From Sphagnum compactum (lineage: Eukaryota), in the NCBI GenBank assembly GCA_965153455.1, contig OZ234493.1, positions 5,704,001 to 5,768,000 of the forward strand: a stretch of 64,000 bases of DNA, read 5' to 3'. The translations under genes were made by a program, and so were the position numbers. Positions 48,923-62,500 of the stretch are shown here, piece after piece. Position 1 is the stretch's first letter. Every line of letters begins with the position of its first letter. The notes under the pieces were generated by a model that was not told where the DNA came from, made no database searches, and worked only from the letters and a program-made list of their open reading frames with translations.

Positions 48923-50019
48923 ACAAAGTGAGATCCTCAACTGAGAAAAAAAAGTCACCACCACACCCAAAAGGGGGAAGAAGCCCCACCCACTTCCTGT
49001 ATACAAAGAATGTAGCTCTTTACAGAATTTTTTTAATATTTTTCTTCCCGAGGGCATGATAGATTATTGATTGACCAATCATTTATTGTTGCTATTCTTG
49101 CAACGTGTGCATAGTGGTAGTTGCTTCTCTGATTGTTGTTGCATCATAAATGCAGTTTCAAAAATAGTTCATTTTAATTTGCTCCCAGAAGAAGACCATT
49201 CGTGGATGGGCTTCGAAATTTGTGGCAATCTTCTTTACTGGCAAGAGCTGCAAGGAATTCCTTGTAGAGATTCTTTTGCTGTTGTCGGGCATCACATTGC
49301 CCTTGTTCTTCAAAGAGACAGGGGGTTCTTTCCACCACCGAGATTCCAAAGAGGACACCAATAATGTTGAACTTCATACCATTTTATTTTCTTAAATCAG
49401 TTTTAGATTTCTCTAATACAATGTCCTTTATGGTGGAGTCTTCTCAATGTATGAGTTTATGAAACATGCACCTTGCACCTGAAAAAGGTTTTCACCTGAG
49501 AACACATAATTCTCCCATAGTTTCTTTTGTATCACATATTTTACTGTCATATAACTGCAGAGCTATCACACAAGCAAGGCACTCCTGACAATTGACTATG
49601 GGGGAACATAGCCTACTCGTGGGCATTACCCATTGTAAAGCACAAGACAAAGGTTATATAATGAACCTAAACCTATGTAGATCACAAGGCATAGAAGGGG
49701 GCGGGATATTCATGCTCACAAGGTCACCATTACCATAAGCTACTGTAGAGAGCATCTCGCTAATGTGGCAGCACACCATTGGACACAGTTCCCCAATTGC
49801 ATTGGCATATTTTGTTACCTTCAGACATTTTCACACCTCCCGAACACCTTTTCACCCATTCTTGGTCACTGGTTGGCTAAACCTCATAACTCTAAGCTTG
49901 AGGCTCCCATATGATGGTTTATGTCACATGCCTCAACTGGTTATGACTTCCGCACTCTTGTTGGCTACTAATGGGCTAAGAAATGTGGAGCCAAAACATT
50001 TATACGGATTCATCACTTA

Positions 50020-50375
50020 GTTTTTCCCTTTGGACGGTGCCAAAAAATTTACTATGAGGCATGAAGACTTTTGCCTTAGAGCAGAGCCAGCAAATGTAGA
50101 GCCAAAATTCTATAAGGATGCTTGAAATCTTTTTCCCTTTGGGCAGAGCCAAAAAAATTCTTGGAAGGCACATGTTCGTTTCCCTTTTGCCGGAGGCAAA
50201 ATTTTTATAAAGATGCATGAAGTCTTTTCTTCCCTTTGAGCAAAACCAACAAATGTAGAGCCAAAAATTTTATAGGGAGGCATGAAGTTGTTTCCCTTTG
50301 GGCAGAGCCAAAAAAATTAATAGGGAGGCATGAACTCATTTTCCTTTGGGCAGAGCCAACAAATGGAGAGCCAGA
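50020..50375. repeat. Degenerate ~50-65-bp tandem repeat, about 6 units
   Basis: Unit TTTCCCTTTGGGCAGAGCCAAAAAAATT..TAGGGAGGCATGAA. Confidence 0.85.
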
Positions 50376-51440
50376 AGAATAGTCATGTCCAAGTTGGTTC
50401 CCTCCAACCAAAATACATTTTGGTTTGAAATCTGCTTTCAATGTATCAACTCCTCAGATTGACTAAAGTGTAAGATCAAAGTTCTCAATACTTGTGAAGA
50501 TATAAATGTAGATTTATCCTGTTAGCTACAGAGATTTCACATTCCAATTTGGTTGCTATCTGCCAAAACTTGGCAAAGTAGTCAAAGATGCCACTTCATG
50601 CTGCTTCCATTTCCACATCCATGCCCATCAAGTCTGTCCAACACTCTCTGATAGTCAAGACATTCACATGCCAGTAGTAGTGCAGACAAACAGAAGCTGA
50701 AGTCCTGGGGAAGAGCTAATTAGCAGTAGCTTAGCAAGGAGTTAGCACCACTTGGGGAAGCATTACACTACTCGGACACATCCTGAGAGGTAGGTAGAGG
50801 ACATCCTGAACAGTCATTCCAGGACTACAAGAGGCTATAACACTTATTCTTCCAAGAGGCCTCATTATCACTTACCCACAGCCAATACACCTCAAAATGT
50901 TTGTGAGAAAGCAGCAAGGTGGCTGTCAGTGGCGGCAGTATGGAAGTGGGTTTTATGGTCATATCAGTGGGCAAATGCAGGAGCAATTATTAGCTGTATG
51001 GTCAGAGAGAGAGTGCAGCCACAGCAGAATCTAAAAGGTTGGTCAAGAGCAAGATGAGGCAGAAATTCTTTTGAACCATACCCTTGGTTTCACATTTGCT
51101 TTGGGTCTTAGTTTTGCCAGTGCCGGACTGATGGCAGGATGGAGCAGGGGCTGGATCCTTCAGAGATATTAAAGTCCAACACACTTTCTCTACTTAACCC
51201 ACACATGGTACATTTGAGTGTGATGAGAAGCTGTGGTCACCTATTGACTCCTTGAGGAAACCCAGCCGAGCAGAAAATAGATAACCAAAAAAGTACTTTC
51301 TTGTATCACAAAATCAGTCTTGAAAGTAATCTCTTACTACTTGAAAATTGGAAAATTGAACTTCTGCCTCTGCAGTGGAAAAAAAATGAGATAGAGAATC
51401 ATGCTACCAACCATATGGTAGAGAGCTCGCAGCATTTTGT

Positions 51441-53374
51441 CTACTTGAGTGGGATGAAACGAGAAGAATGTGTTGCTCCAATACCAGGCCGACCATGCTT
51501 CACAGGCTTATAGGAGATGGAAAACTCAGCCAAGTAGTGGCCAATCATCTCCGGCTGCATGCAATGCCAATCACATACCCCAAAAATTCAGTTTGTTTAG
51601 CACCAGAGCCAAAAAATGTGGCCATTCAAAAATCAAGTACAAATTACATGATTGGAACAGAGAGCTTCTTGGACTACCCAGAAGTACTTCATGCACTTAC
51701 AACTACAAAATAATTTGGATTGAAAACAGAAGAAAGAGTCAACAACTTATTGAATTGCTGAGTGAAACTTAAGGCATTCACAACTAAAGTAAGCATTCAG
51801 TAGAGAATTTCTCCAGTGTATGTGGAAGTTACCTTACCCTCAGTAAAATTCCTGCCTCAACAGAGGATGGCACATTCACAGACCTTATGCATAAGGTTCT
51901 CATTTTACATGCAAGGTTCTTTATGCCAGATAAGGACTAAGGACCTCAAAGCAGGCAGCTCTGGGAATTTGGGTTCAGGAATCCAGGTTCCTCATTTTAT
52001 TCAAGGTTCTTCATTTATGCCAGGGAAGGACATCTAATAGAGCAGCTCTGGGAATTTGGGTCCTGTGCTCACTGGGCTCCCACCTTGGGCTGGACCCTCA
52101 TTCCCAGAATGACCCCATTCTTGGTCCATACCATACACAGAAAGCATCCACTCATTTGAAATAAAGATGGACTATATCTCTATCAACAACAAAAATATAC
52201 TCATTCTAAAAACCTGTTGCACCTGTAGGATGATTGCCATGTTGTGTATATAGTCTCCTTTCAGTCTTACAGCCAAAAGCTTCTGAAAAAACCTGAAAAT
52301 ATGTCATCCCAGAGAGACCTTGACAGGCATACCTTGATCTCAACCTGGTTGAAGGTCTTGCCATTGTACACACCAATCACACTTCCAATCATCTCTGGGA
52401 CAATGATCATGTTGCGCAGATGTGTCCTTACTGGCTCTGGCTTCTCACCTGCAGGAGCCTCCCGTTTCTGCAACAACAAGGTTGGAGAAGAATTATATAA
52501 CCGAGAATCAAAACTCAGAGTTAAATTCCAGAACACATTGTTTACACAAATCTAATTCTCTTCCGAAAGGTCAAAGATAGAAGCTCTGAACTTGATGATA
52601 CAGAGGGGTATATAACTTACTGCTTTGCGGAGCTTCTTGATCAAGGCCATGGGCTTCCGCTTCAAACCCCTCTGAAACCTATTACCAAAACACACAAGAA
52701 GATGCAAACCCAAAAAATCAGCCAGCCCAAATAGAATTTTTTTTTCTTTATCCCTTGGCTCTTCTGCAGTGGACAGAAGAAAAGACTTACACAATGGCAG
52801 CTCCAACACCACTGCCTATAGCGAGTGACTCTACACAAATTGCAAAAGCGGAATTCATTTGATGAGGACAAGAAATCAATCTCCTACTGCTGCAAGTGCA
52901 CTGAATGGCGCCATACCTGCGACGAGCACGGGCATGGAAGAGTTCAACGAGCTCATCCGAGCTCATATCAAGGAGAGCATCGAGGTCGACTCCCCGGAAA
53001 GTGAACTTCTTGAATGTTCTCTTCTTCGGCTGCACCGTCTCGACTTCTGCATCTATATCCGCCTGCAAACCAAACAAAAACCCCAAAATAAAACTCCCAG
53101 CGTAAATATCTTAAAACAACAAAATTAAAAACACACAAACACAAGACACAAACGGAAGCAGTAAAAAAACAGGCTCTACATCTTTCAGGATCTAAAAATC
53201 TGTTTCAAAGCAAGCAAGCTGCTACACATTCGCCACAAAATAAGACCTCACAAACAACCAAGTCCACAGGCAACAAGGGGTCTTCCTACCATGACAAGAA
53301 CCCAAACCAAGCCCAAAAAACACAAGTCCAGACATGAAAAAGAAGCGCTAGAAGGTCCATAAGATGTGTACCAT
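51441..53374 (-). CDS. RPS15: 40S ribosomal protein S15 (uS19)
   Basis: Exons 53374-53372 (ATG only), 53062-52917, 52678-52621, 52467-52333, 51554-51441. Sequence [91 protein letters not shown]. Confidence 0.97.
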
Positions 53375-53482
53375 GTTGATGCGCTTGCTAGCAAGGCCTG
53401 GGACAGAAGAGATCGGGAGAGTCGGAGACTGCGTTCAACGAGAGGCAGCGAGAGAGAGAGAGGGAGAGAGAGAAGAAGCTCC

Positions 53483-53490
53483 AAACCCTA
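53483..53490. promoter_or_regulatory. Telo-box near the RPS15 transcription start
   Basis: AAACCCTA lies next to the pyrimidine-rich leader. A site-II-like GGCCCA is at ~53787. This pairing is typical of plant ribosomal-protein promoters. Confidence 0.55.
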
Positions 53491-53899
53491 TTCCCTCGCT
53501 TAACCACACCTGTAGCCTCGTTTTTAGGTCTGGGACAGCTTCGTTTTAGGTCTGGTTCCGTATCTGTCTTGGCATCGTGAACCCGGATGAATAACGAAAG
53601 CTTGGATGAGTTTGTGTATATGGTACCTATACGGGAGCTTTTGGATGAGAGACGTATGTACGTACATGGCTGGTAACTGCTGCATTTCATTTTTTCACTG
53701 TCTGCCCTTAGCCCGATTCATATTTTTCCCAAAAATTATGCGTTGCATAGCGTCCATTATACACCCAAAAATGTGCATAATTCACAGGCCCAAATTTGTC
53801 TGGGCAGCAACAATAAGTACTGGGGGTACTTATTCATATTAATTAGTTGGGGGTGGCCTCACAATTCAAACTTTTTCTTTTTTTTGCAATTGAGCGAAT

Positions 53900-54215
53900 T
53901 TGATTGGCCCATTGCCAGATAAAAAATAGTGGGAATCCCCTTTAAAATAGCAGATTCTATGGGAATGTAAATTGTCTACCCCTTGGCCCATCTATATAGG
54001 TGAGAAGGAGAAGGACTTCGGGCAAAACATATGGGATTAAAGCGAGGTGCTATTGGGAACACCTATGGGGAGCACATTGGGAACATGTTGGGAACATATT
54101 GGGAACCCACTGGGAACTTGAAGGGAACATGTTGGGAACAAAGGAAAAAAATCAAGGCACTTTGAGTGCATGGTGAGCCTTCCCATTGGCCCCATGTCAT
54201 TTCTTTTGACCATTT
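53900..54215. repeat. Non-coding interspersed element with (TTGGGAAC)n-type short repeats
   Basis: About seven GGGAAC-type motifs at 54054-54140, between the divergent RPS15 and GT2 genes. Confidence 0.65.
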
Positions 54216-54639
54216 TTTACTGATACTGATATATACCCGGGGGTACCAAAAAGGATATCCATTGGGTAATAAAAAAATTTCCCAAAATAACCAGCCCTCA
54301 GCCTTTGGACTGGGAGGTCACTTATTTTGGGAGTGCCCCCCACACCCCCCCCCCCCCCCAAAAAAAAAACACATTATAGCATTATTTGTATTATTTATAT
54401 TATAGCATATTGATAATAAACAAGGTTTGAAATTCTTTTTCCGCCAACTTAGTGAGTAAAAATCAACTTGAGTTTTGTTTTTTTTTTTTTTTAATTTTTT
54501 TTTTAATCATTATTGAAAAAAATGGTTGGTGCAATGAATGTTGTATATATATCTTTTCATGAAAATTTTGTTAATTTTTCACACTCTCCTTAATGAGGAA
54601 AATTTGTTGTTTTTTAAACTGTTTCTCCTTTTGTGAATG

Positions 54640-54660
54640 AAACCCTAAACCCTAAACCCT
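54640..54660. repeat. Interstitial plant telomeric repeat (AAACCCT)3
   Basis: Three perfect units ~290 bp upstream of the GT2 ATG. Confidence 0.8.
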
Positions 54661-54945
54661 AACCAACATTTTTAAGAATTAAAAAAAAGATTGCAGACCA
54701 AATGAGAGGGAGAGGAGAAAATTTGGCAGAAGTTTGGACATAACAGAAGAAGCTTGCAAGATAACAGTGAGCTCACATTATTCTCTAAAGAGATTTGTTG
54801 GAGATTTGATTGGCAATAGGTAAAAGACATAGCCTGGATGGAAGAATCAATCCATATTGAGCTTCTTCTCAATGTCTGCAACTGGCTGACTTTGAGATTC
54901 CAAAAAACAAAAACTCAAAACCTTTAAATCTTTCATCTCTGGGAG

Positions 54946-55246
54946 ATGATGGCAGCGTGTTTTCTGAAGTTGGGTTTGAAGCCTCCTTCTTCATTTCTGT
55001 TTTTCTCAAGTCCTTTTGATTTGGAGGGGGATACGAGGAGAAGAAGAAGAAGAAGCTCTGTTGCATGTATGCTCTGTTTTGCAGCTGCTGCTGCTGTTGC
55101 TGCAGACAAGGATGTTCTTCTTCTTGTGTCAAGAGTAAGGCGGCAGCAGCAGCAGGCCCTGCAAACAATCACCACCCAGTCGCTGTTCAAATCATCACTT
55201 CTGCCTGATGTGATCGAAAATGTGGCCCAGGAATCGAAGTCTGGAT

Positions 55247-55277
<31 letters not shown>

Positions 55278-57591
55278 TGGGTCTTCTTCTGGGTCTTCTG
55301 TGGTTGTTGTAGGAGGTGGTGAAGAAACGAGAGAGACTGGAATTGCAATTGGCGGAGTTCAAGAAGAAGAAGGTTTATGGAGCATTATTATACCTACCTA
55401 TGATCGTCGCCCGATCCTCACCAAATGCTTACAAGCACTCGAAACACAGCTTGGTTACGAGCGGAGCGGAATTTCGAGGTATGAGGTTATTGTAGTGGAT
55501 GATGGATCTACTGATGGGACTCTTGAGTTCTTGCTCCCAGTTTCTACATGTTCGCGCTCTGGAGAAGAAAAAGAAGCAGCCGCCATTCAACCCTTCTGTG
55601 AAGGAAACTTTAGAGAGGAAAATGCACACACAACAACAACAACTACTACTACTGCTACTGGACTTGATTCTCAGATTAGGGCTAGGGTTTGTACCTCTCA
55701 AAGTGGTGAGAGAAGTTCAAGCACCAGGAGGAGCAACTCAGGATTTGCTGCAGCCAGGGGTTTTGCTTGTCAAGAACCACGAGAGCAGATTCAACTGTCT
55801 CAAGACTTGCAATTGTGCACAGAGGCAGCAGCTAATGATTTTACTACAAGCTCCAGCAGCATTACAATTTGTGAAGGAGTGGAGGTTTCAGACAAAAGCT
55901 CTGATTCTCTGCAACAAAGTCAAAGATTTCCACATGTGAAAGTCATCAGGCAGCAGCATGCAGGTTAATGGTTGGACCTAAACCCTGAACACAACACTAC
56001 GTTATGACCACACCAGAGAGAATCCAACTGCAATGTACACAAGAAGGTGATAGATATACTGAGCAATTTTACAGATGTGATGTTGATGTAGGAAAACCTT
56101 GCTTGAACATTCTTTCAGTTCTTTAAATTGCTCAAATGTCCAGGTGCAACAAGGGCAAGAAATTTGGGTGTGAAGTGCTCAAGAGGGGCAGTTGTTGTGT
56201 TTATAGACTCGGATCTTGTTGTCACTAGTGACTTTTTGCACGCACATGGGGCAGCCCTGCTTGAGGCTCACAAGCAAGATGGTGATGATCAAGCTTTCAC
56301 ATATGGGCGAGTCATCAATACATCCAACTTTGAGAGACCAGAGGCAGAAAATTTCAAGCTTACAGTATATTTCCTCTACTGCATCTCTCTTCCTTGCTTA
56401 ATTTTGGTTTCTTTGAGGATATGCCAGCATTATCTGTTGTTCTTGGGATGGCATTGTGAAATGCCAGCCGATCAGGTTGGAGAATATGAAGACATTGTGC
56501 ACTGGTAACATTTACTGCAAAAAATTCCAGTCTCAATTGATAAGCTACCTAGGTCTTATGGCTTGATTATTGCTGCAGGACAAGTCTGCTGCATTTTTTG
56601 CAACAGGAAATGTAGCCATTTCTCGAAGACTTTTGTTGAAGGCTGGAGAATTGCTTGGGAATGCTGCAGAGGGTCCATTCGATGCAGACTTCAGTGAGTA
56701 TGGTTGGGAGGATCTTGAGCTTGGTGGTAAGATTTTCTCAAATTGCCACTACTTGTATACTAATTCTGTTTGTTGCAGAGATGTCGGAACCATTACAACA
56801 TGACTAAGTAACCACTGGTCACTTTATTAGGTCACTAGGAAGACATCACACATCTGTTCTGGGGAAGAAGGCATCAATGGCAACAATTTTTAAGTTATAT
56901 TACAAAGAAGAAAATCTGAAGGAAGGTCACTTATGGTGCTGCAGTTGGATGCTTGTGCAGTGAGGCTCAAAGAACTAGGAGCAAGGATTAAGCATGTGCC
57001 TTCTGCCATTGGGTACCACTGGCATCCTGCATTCTCTGTGGACCAAATCCCAAAGCTTGTTGACCAGGTCAATATTGAGCACCTCATTTTGTTTTCTGTT
57101 TTTGAAGCTGTGGGAATGTCTTCAGCTAAGGCAACAGCAGGAACTGCAATTGCATTCAAGGAATGCACAGCACTAGTCAATGTGATTTTTTACATGTGGA
57201 CCAATGCATCTTGATCTGAAGAATGCAAGTGATAGGCTTGATCTGAATCAACTTGATGGGCTGGATTCTGGAATCCTTGCTTGGAGGCAATTCACTTGAC
57301 AGCATGTATGTCCTGCAGGAGAGGCAAAGGGGGCGTAATGGTGTACGATTTTTCCGCAAGCATCCAAAACTCGGTGTGCGCCTCATGACACAGATGACTC
57401 CCTTTCATGAAGGTCTTTGGTTTTGCCTCACTTTTGGTGGTTTGTTAAATGAGAAATTGCTAGAGCCAATTTTGGACAGACTTGTTGCAGCTGGGAACCC
57501 AGGGTTAGCAGCTGCATTACTTTCACCCATCCTCAATTGGCATACTGTACAAGCAGCAAAGGAAGAAGTGAAGAAGCTGAAGATGAGCTAG
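54946..57591 (+). CDS. Family-2 (GT-A) glycosyltransferase, cyanobacterial-like, with N-terminal extension
   Basis: Exons 54946-55963, 56144-56364, 56579-56726, 56961-57067, 57319-57591. Motifs: WSIIIPTYDR, EVIVVDDGSTDGT, GATRARNLG, VVFIDSD, FFATGNVAI, FDADFSEYGWEDLELG, GYHWHPAF, KHPKLGVRLMTQMT. Confidence 0.9.
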
Positions 57592-59568
57592 TACTTGAAA
57601 ATAGACAAGACCGTTCTAGTTTTTCTCAGTGGTCCTGTACTCATTTGTGAGGATCTAGGGTTAGTGAAGAGAGGGTTAAGGGTGTTGAGCTACACTATGG
57701 AGGAACTGTTAAACAAGTTGCAGACTCTAATTTTTCCCAGAATATGGACGAGCAAAGATTGCATGCACAATACATTGTGAGCACATTTTATTCTCTGGAG
57801 AACTCCCAAGTCTTCAATGTACTTAGGACTGTGATTACACCTCAAGAGGTTTTTTTTTTATTCTCAACATTGAGCCACACGAAAACTAACCATTTTGAAG
57901 GAGCTCAGAGCATGGTTGATTGAAAGTTGCACAGTTTATTGTTGTTATAAATTGCACTTATTTAACATGTATGTTTTGAACAAAGCTCTTGGGATTCCCA
58001 ACAATAAACAAGAACGCAAAATATCAACTATTTGACATACCTATTATTACATTGGCCCTGCGACTAACTGTGTTGAATGTATTACATTCATTTTATGGAT
58101 CATAGTCTCAACTATAATGGCATGGTTGCTTTTTATGGTCAATTGAGATGATTGAAGTTTATGAACCAACCAAATTGTGGCATTGAATTGATCAACTTTC
58201 CTGATTATTCCAGTAAGGAAATATGACAACATTGTCATGAACAAATTGCATTATTGTAAATATAAACAGATATGAATGTATGTGACAATGAGCGTTGAAT
58301 CATGAATGACTGCGATTACACTGTAGTGTTAATTAGTACTCAGCATTTAAACTCTACCCATCACCATCAATTATTGTTTGCATAATAAATTTATGACAAA
58401 TTTTTCATTGTCAATCCATACTGGATTCTTATCAAAATTCACAAGTAAAAACTTTCTACACAAGTCTCTTGGATGATGATTCATACTGAAGGTTAAGAGA
58501 GGTTTGATATACCCCAGGTCAGAAAAAACTGCAAGGAGCCAATTTATCTTATTATTGCTCCTTAACTCAAGAAAGTAGAACTTATTGTACAAATCACGAA
58601 CTCAAATATAAACTTTGAACATCACATGCAATTTTATTACATGCACATTTCATATCAGTACATGTCAACCCTAAACCCTAAAACATTAAGAAATCACATT
58701 TCACATCAATACATGTACATAAGTAATTTACAAACAACCTGCCATCTACCTATGATCTTGTTCCATCGGGTATTGTTCATTCTAAACCAGCATGACAATC
58801 AACAACCATGTGCAATTGGGTATTGTTTCATCCTCCCAACCAACAACATGACAAGGCCAAGTATGAAGCTAATTGCAAATTTAACTAGTGCAGTCAAAAC
58901 TATACAGATGATCAGGGCCCTGATGTTATACAAATGTTATGCAGGAACCATAGGCATATACTCTTAATGAATCTAGGAGGTTGGTTCAGCATGTCAATCA
59001 TAAATTGTCTCTATGCATATCTAAGACAACTGAGGGTGCAAAGACAAATTCAGGATAGTTAAACACCATCGGATATCTGACAGAGAAAACTACGAGTTCA
59101 TTTCTATAAGGTGATACCACCAAGTAGGGCAGAGAGAACAGATATCATTGAAATTCATTAAAGTCCTTGACAAACACACTTGAGACTAGCTACCTTATGA
59201 TTGTCAAGGAGTTCAGATCCCATTCCACTATGCAGTGTCAGCACAAAGGGGAAGGGAAGTGAGGAGCTAAGCATTGTTTTCCAGGGAAGGAGCATTAACA
59301 ATAGGCTACCATAAGGTGGACCAAACAAAAATTGGGAGTCCTTCCACTTTGTGCTACATTACAATGAAAAGAGTTCAAAACATTGGAACCAGAATGAAAA
59401 CCATGTGCCGCCCATCCACTTCATATACTATTTCTCACAACCTCACACATTACTGTTGTTGCTTGTGTCTGAAAGCTATAGAATGATGAATTGCAAAGCC
59501 ACCTTTGTTCACTGCATGTAACGATAAAATTCCTGACTGTGTCCTTCCCAGCATAACAATTGAGATCT

Positions 59569-62500
59569 CTACTCAGGATTGGCTGTGGGAGTACCAAAAA
59601 TACGTAAATTCCGGTCATTGGAGCCAATTGCCAAGTATTTTGCATCTGCTCCAAAGCGAACTGAGGTAATTTTTCCTGTAATCGCACAGCATCACAATGG
59701 GAGGAGAATTACGAATAGTAATTCGCATAGTGCTGATTTGATAGTTGACAATCATACTAAAACAGCAGATGAACAGCACACTTGACTTTAATACATGGTC
59801 TCTTGCATAGAGCAGACTAAAAGAGGTCAAATGTAACAGAAAGTATTTTTTACACTGGTGTTGCTTTTCAAGCAGCACCAACTGAGCTGTATCATGGCCA
59901 GAGTGCCAACAATCGAAAATAGAGAGATGAGGTTGAAGTCATGCACACCTGTGCCTGATAAATCAGGGAATACTTTGATAGTATTCCACTCCTGCTTTAC
60001 ACTCGCTACTTGATACAACCTGAGGGCAGTCCCACACAAATTCAAGCTCAGAACAGAACCACATAAAAACACACTACAATACTTGCCAAAATTAAGTACG
60101 AAAATGTAGTTCCTGAAATTAGAGAACATGGAAAAGATGAGGCAGTGGACAGGAGAGCACCTGACATCAGAGCCACCGACAGCCAAATAGCTTCCACTGT
60201 AGTCAAACTCCACTGCAAATCGACATACAATTCAGAGCACTAAGTGTTTGTGGCTTTCAGGATATTGCATAAATAAGCAATGTCAACACAAATACTAGAA
60301 AAGCAGGACATCACTCCTGAAATTTCAGACAAATTTACGGTTTATCTAAAGACATTGCACTGCAGTTTGAACACTACACAGTTCAAATTTGCATTTGGAA
60401 AATCCAGTTCCTAGTAGAGGTGAGCGAACCAGTGTTTGTGGGTGTGCTGCTGTCATAAGGAGCAAAGGACCGGAAGTTCTTTAGTTTGCGAAGATCCCAA
60501 AGTTTCACTCCATCATGGGCTGCTGTCTGCAAAAGCAAAGAAGGTGGTCAATTAACTCCACGTGTAATACTTGGGCCACCACAATCAAATTAAAAAGATG
60601 ATTGTAACCCACAGACAGAAAAAATATCAAACTTACTGCAAGGAAGTAACCATTCTCTGAAAAGGAGATGTCAGTCACAGGCCCTGTATGCCCTTCAAAC
60701 TTGGCAACATTGACCTGCAATCAAAACCCACCCATGTCATAATGATTGTGCTGTTCTGCATCATGTTTTATGTACAACTAACTGGCCTATACAGACACAC
60801 TTGCAGGTCTCAAGGGCTTGCTACATCCAATTCAGTAAGTACAGATCCAGCCACAACAGCAACATCCTTTTTGATCCAAGTGGAGTGATGCTACAAACCT
60901 GTGATTTGACATCCCAAATGCGCACGAGTGACTCAGCGGTGCCAGTACCAAGGATGAGGCCATCAGGATGGAATGAGGCTGATGAATATCCATTCTGGAC
61001 TGTTGGCTCACTGACCTGTGTCATCATGAAGTGTTTACCAACTTATCAGAGCATCTGTGAGGTTTGGGCAAAACATGCACTCAGCTATATGGACAGCAGT
61101 CCTTCAGCCAATTTGCTTGGTCACTCCAGTGTGAGAGCAGCAAGTATAACAATAACTAGTAAAGATGTTCCCTTCAAGTCATGGAGTTTGCTGATCTCAG
61201 AACCATCATCTTGGAATAGCATTGACTCCAAGATTCTATACATGTGGGAGATATAGACCTATACAAACACAGTATTCCCCAGAGCAAGATCAGCATGCCA
61301 TACCTGTGCCAGGCAGATCCCAGAGGAAAGATCATAAAAGGCCCATGTCTTGTCAGATGAAGCAGTCACAAAATAATTCTGTGTGGCATGTACCGTAACA
61401 GCCCTCACCTGAAATGTCACTTCCAAGGCACATTCCTCATCAGAATACCTCTATGTGACCACATTTCTGACAACTAAATCAGCCGAGCACCATACCTAGA
61501 AATACCAGAGAAAAATGCCATAACTCATAGGGATAGCCAATGGAACAAAAAACAAACCTCAGCTGTATGATCTTTCAAAATATGTTTGCATTCATAGCTA
61601 CCATCCTCTTTTCCTTGCCATATCCGCACTGTCTGTAAAATAACCAACTTCTGTGTCACATACTTGGAACAATCACTAAAGTAAAAGACCATCCCAAAAT
61701 ATGTATACAGTCCTACCTTGCACAAGGTTCCACACCAGATTGTTCAATATCACTGCTAACTGAAAGGGGCACAAATCTGAAGCATTCACTGACCTTATCA
61801 GTTGAGCCAGTCAGTACAAAGTCATCTCGTGATACAAACTTCACACTTGTTACCTGCAAAAAAAAGGCAGATAGGTTGACCTTCCACTCTTACCTGCACT
61901 ATCATCGCATAGCTCAATGAGCTTCCAGACTGCTTATGCTGACATAAATCAAATGCTCAGGCTAACAGAAGTCTATAAGGCAATCATAGTAAACAAATTA
62001 ATAACAAGAATCTCCTCTTAATCCCCATTATGTACTTCAACACAGCTAATGACCATAAGAAAACATCAACTTTTCACACCATACAATACTAAAAACATGA
62101 GGACCATACCCTTTTGCTGTGACCAGAAAGTTGTGATACTAACTCCCCTGTGCTACGACTGAACACTGCAGCCGTGCAGTCCACGCCTCCAGTTAAAATC
62201 AGATCCTGCACAGAATTAGGGATGAGAAAATTGGCAGAGAGATACTGGATAGAGAGAACCTCTGACCCCAATTTCCCTTCTAGAAACATTTGTGCAGAAT
62301 ACACAAAGCACAGAAGCAAACCTTAGACGAATGGATGTCCATTGACAGTATGCCAGGCTTTGAGCTAGAATGAAGAGGATGACTGGCCAACTGGGTGTAT
62401 CGCTCCAAGGCTTCAGGGCTGGCCAATGTTTCTGAAATCTGTGCATCAAAGTAACCTGACTGACTTAATTGACAAATAATATTGAAAAGAATTAACAAGC

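Noticed and set aside
51218-51275. Possible C/D snoRNA (GTGATGA...CCGA)
   Set aside because: The D box is imperfect, there is no terminal stem, and it lies antisense to the RPS15 3' region.
56365-56375. Possible U12-type donor in the GT2 gene (GTATATTT)
   Set aside because: It does not match the U12 consensus RTATCCTTT, so it is treated as an ordinary GT donor.
59163-59209. 10-bp inverted repeat TCCTTGACAA...TTGTCAAGGA downstream of PRP19
   Set aside because: Too short to distinguish from chance.
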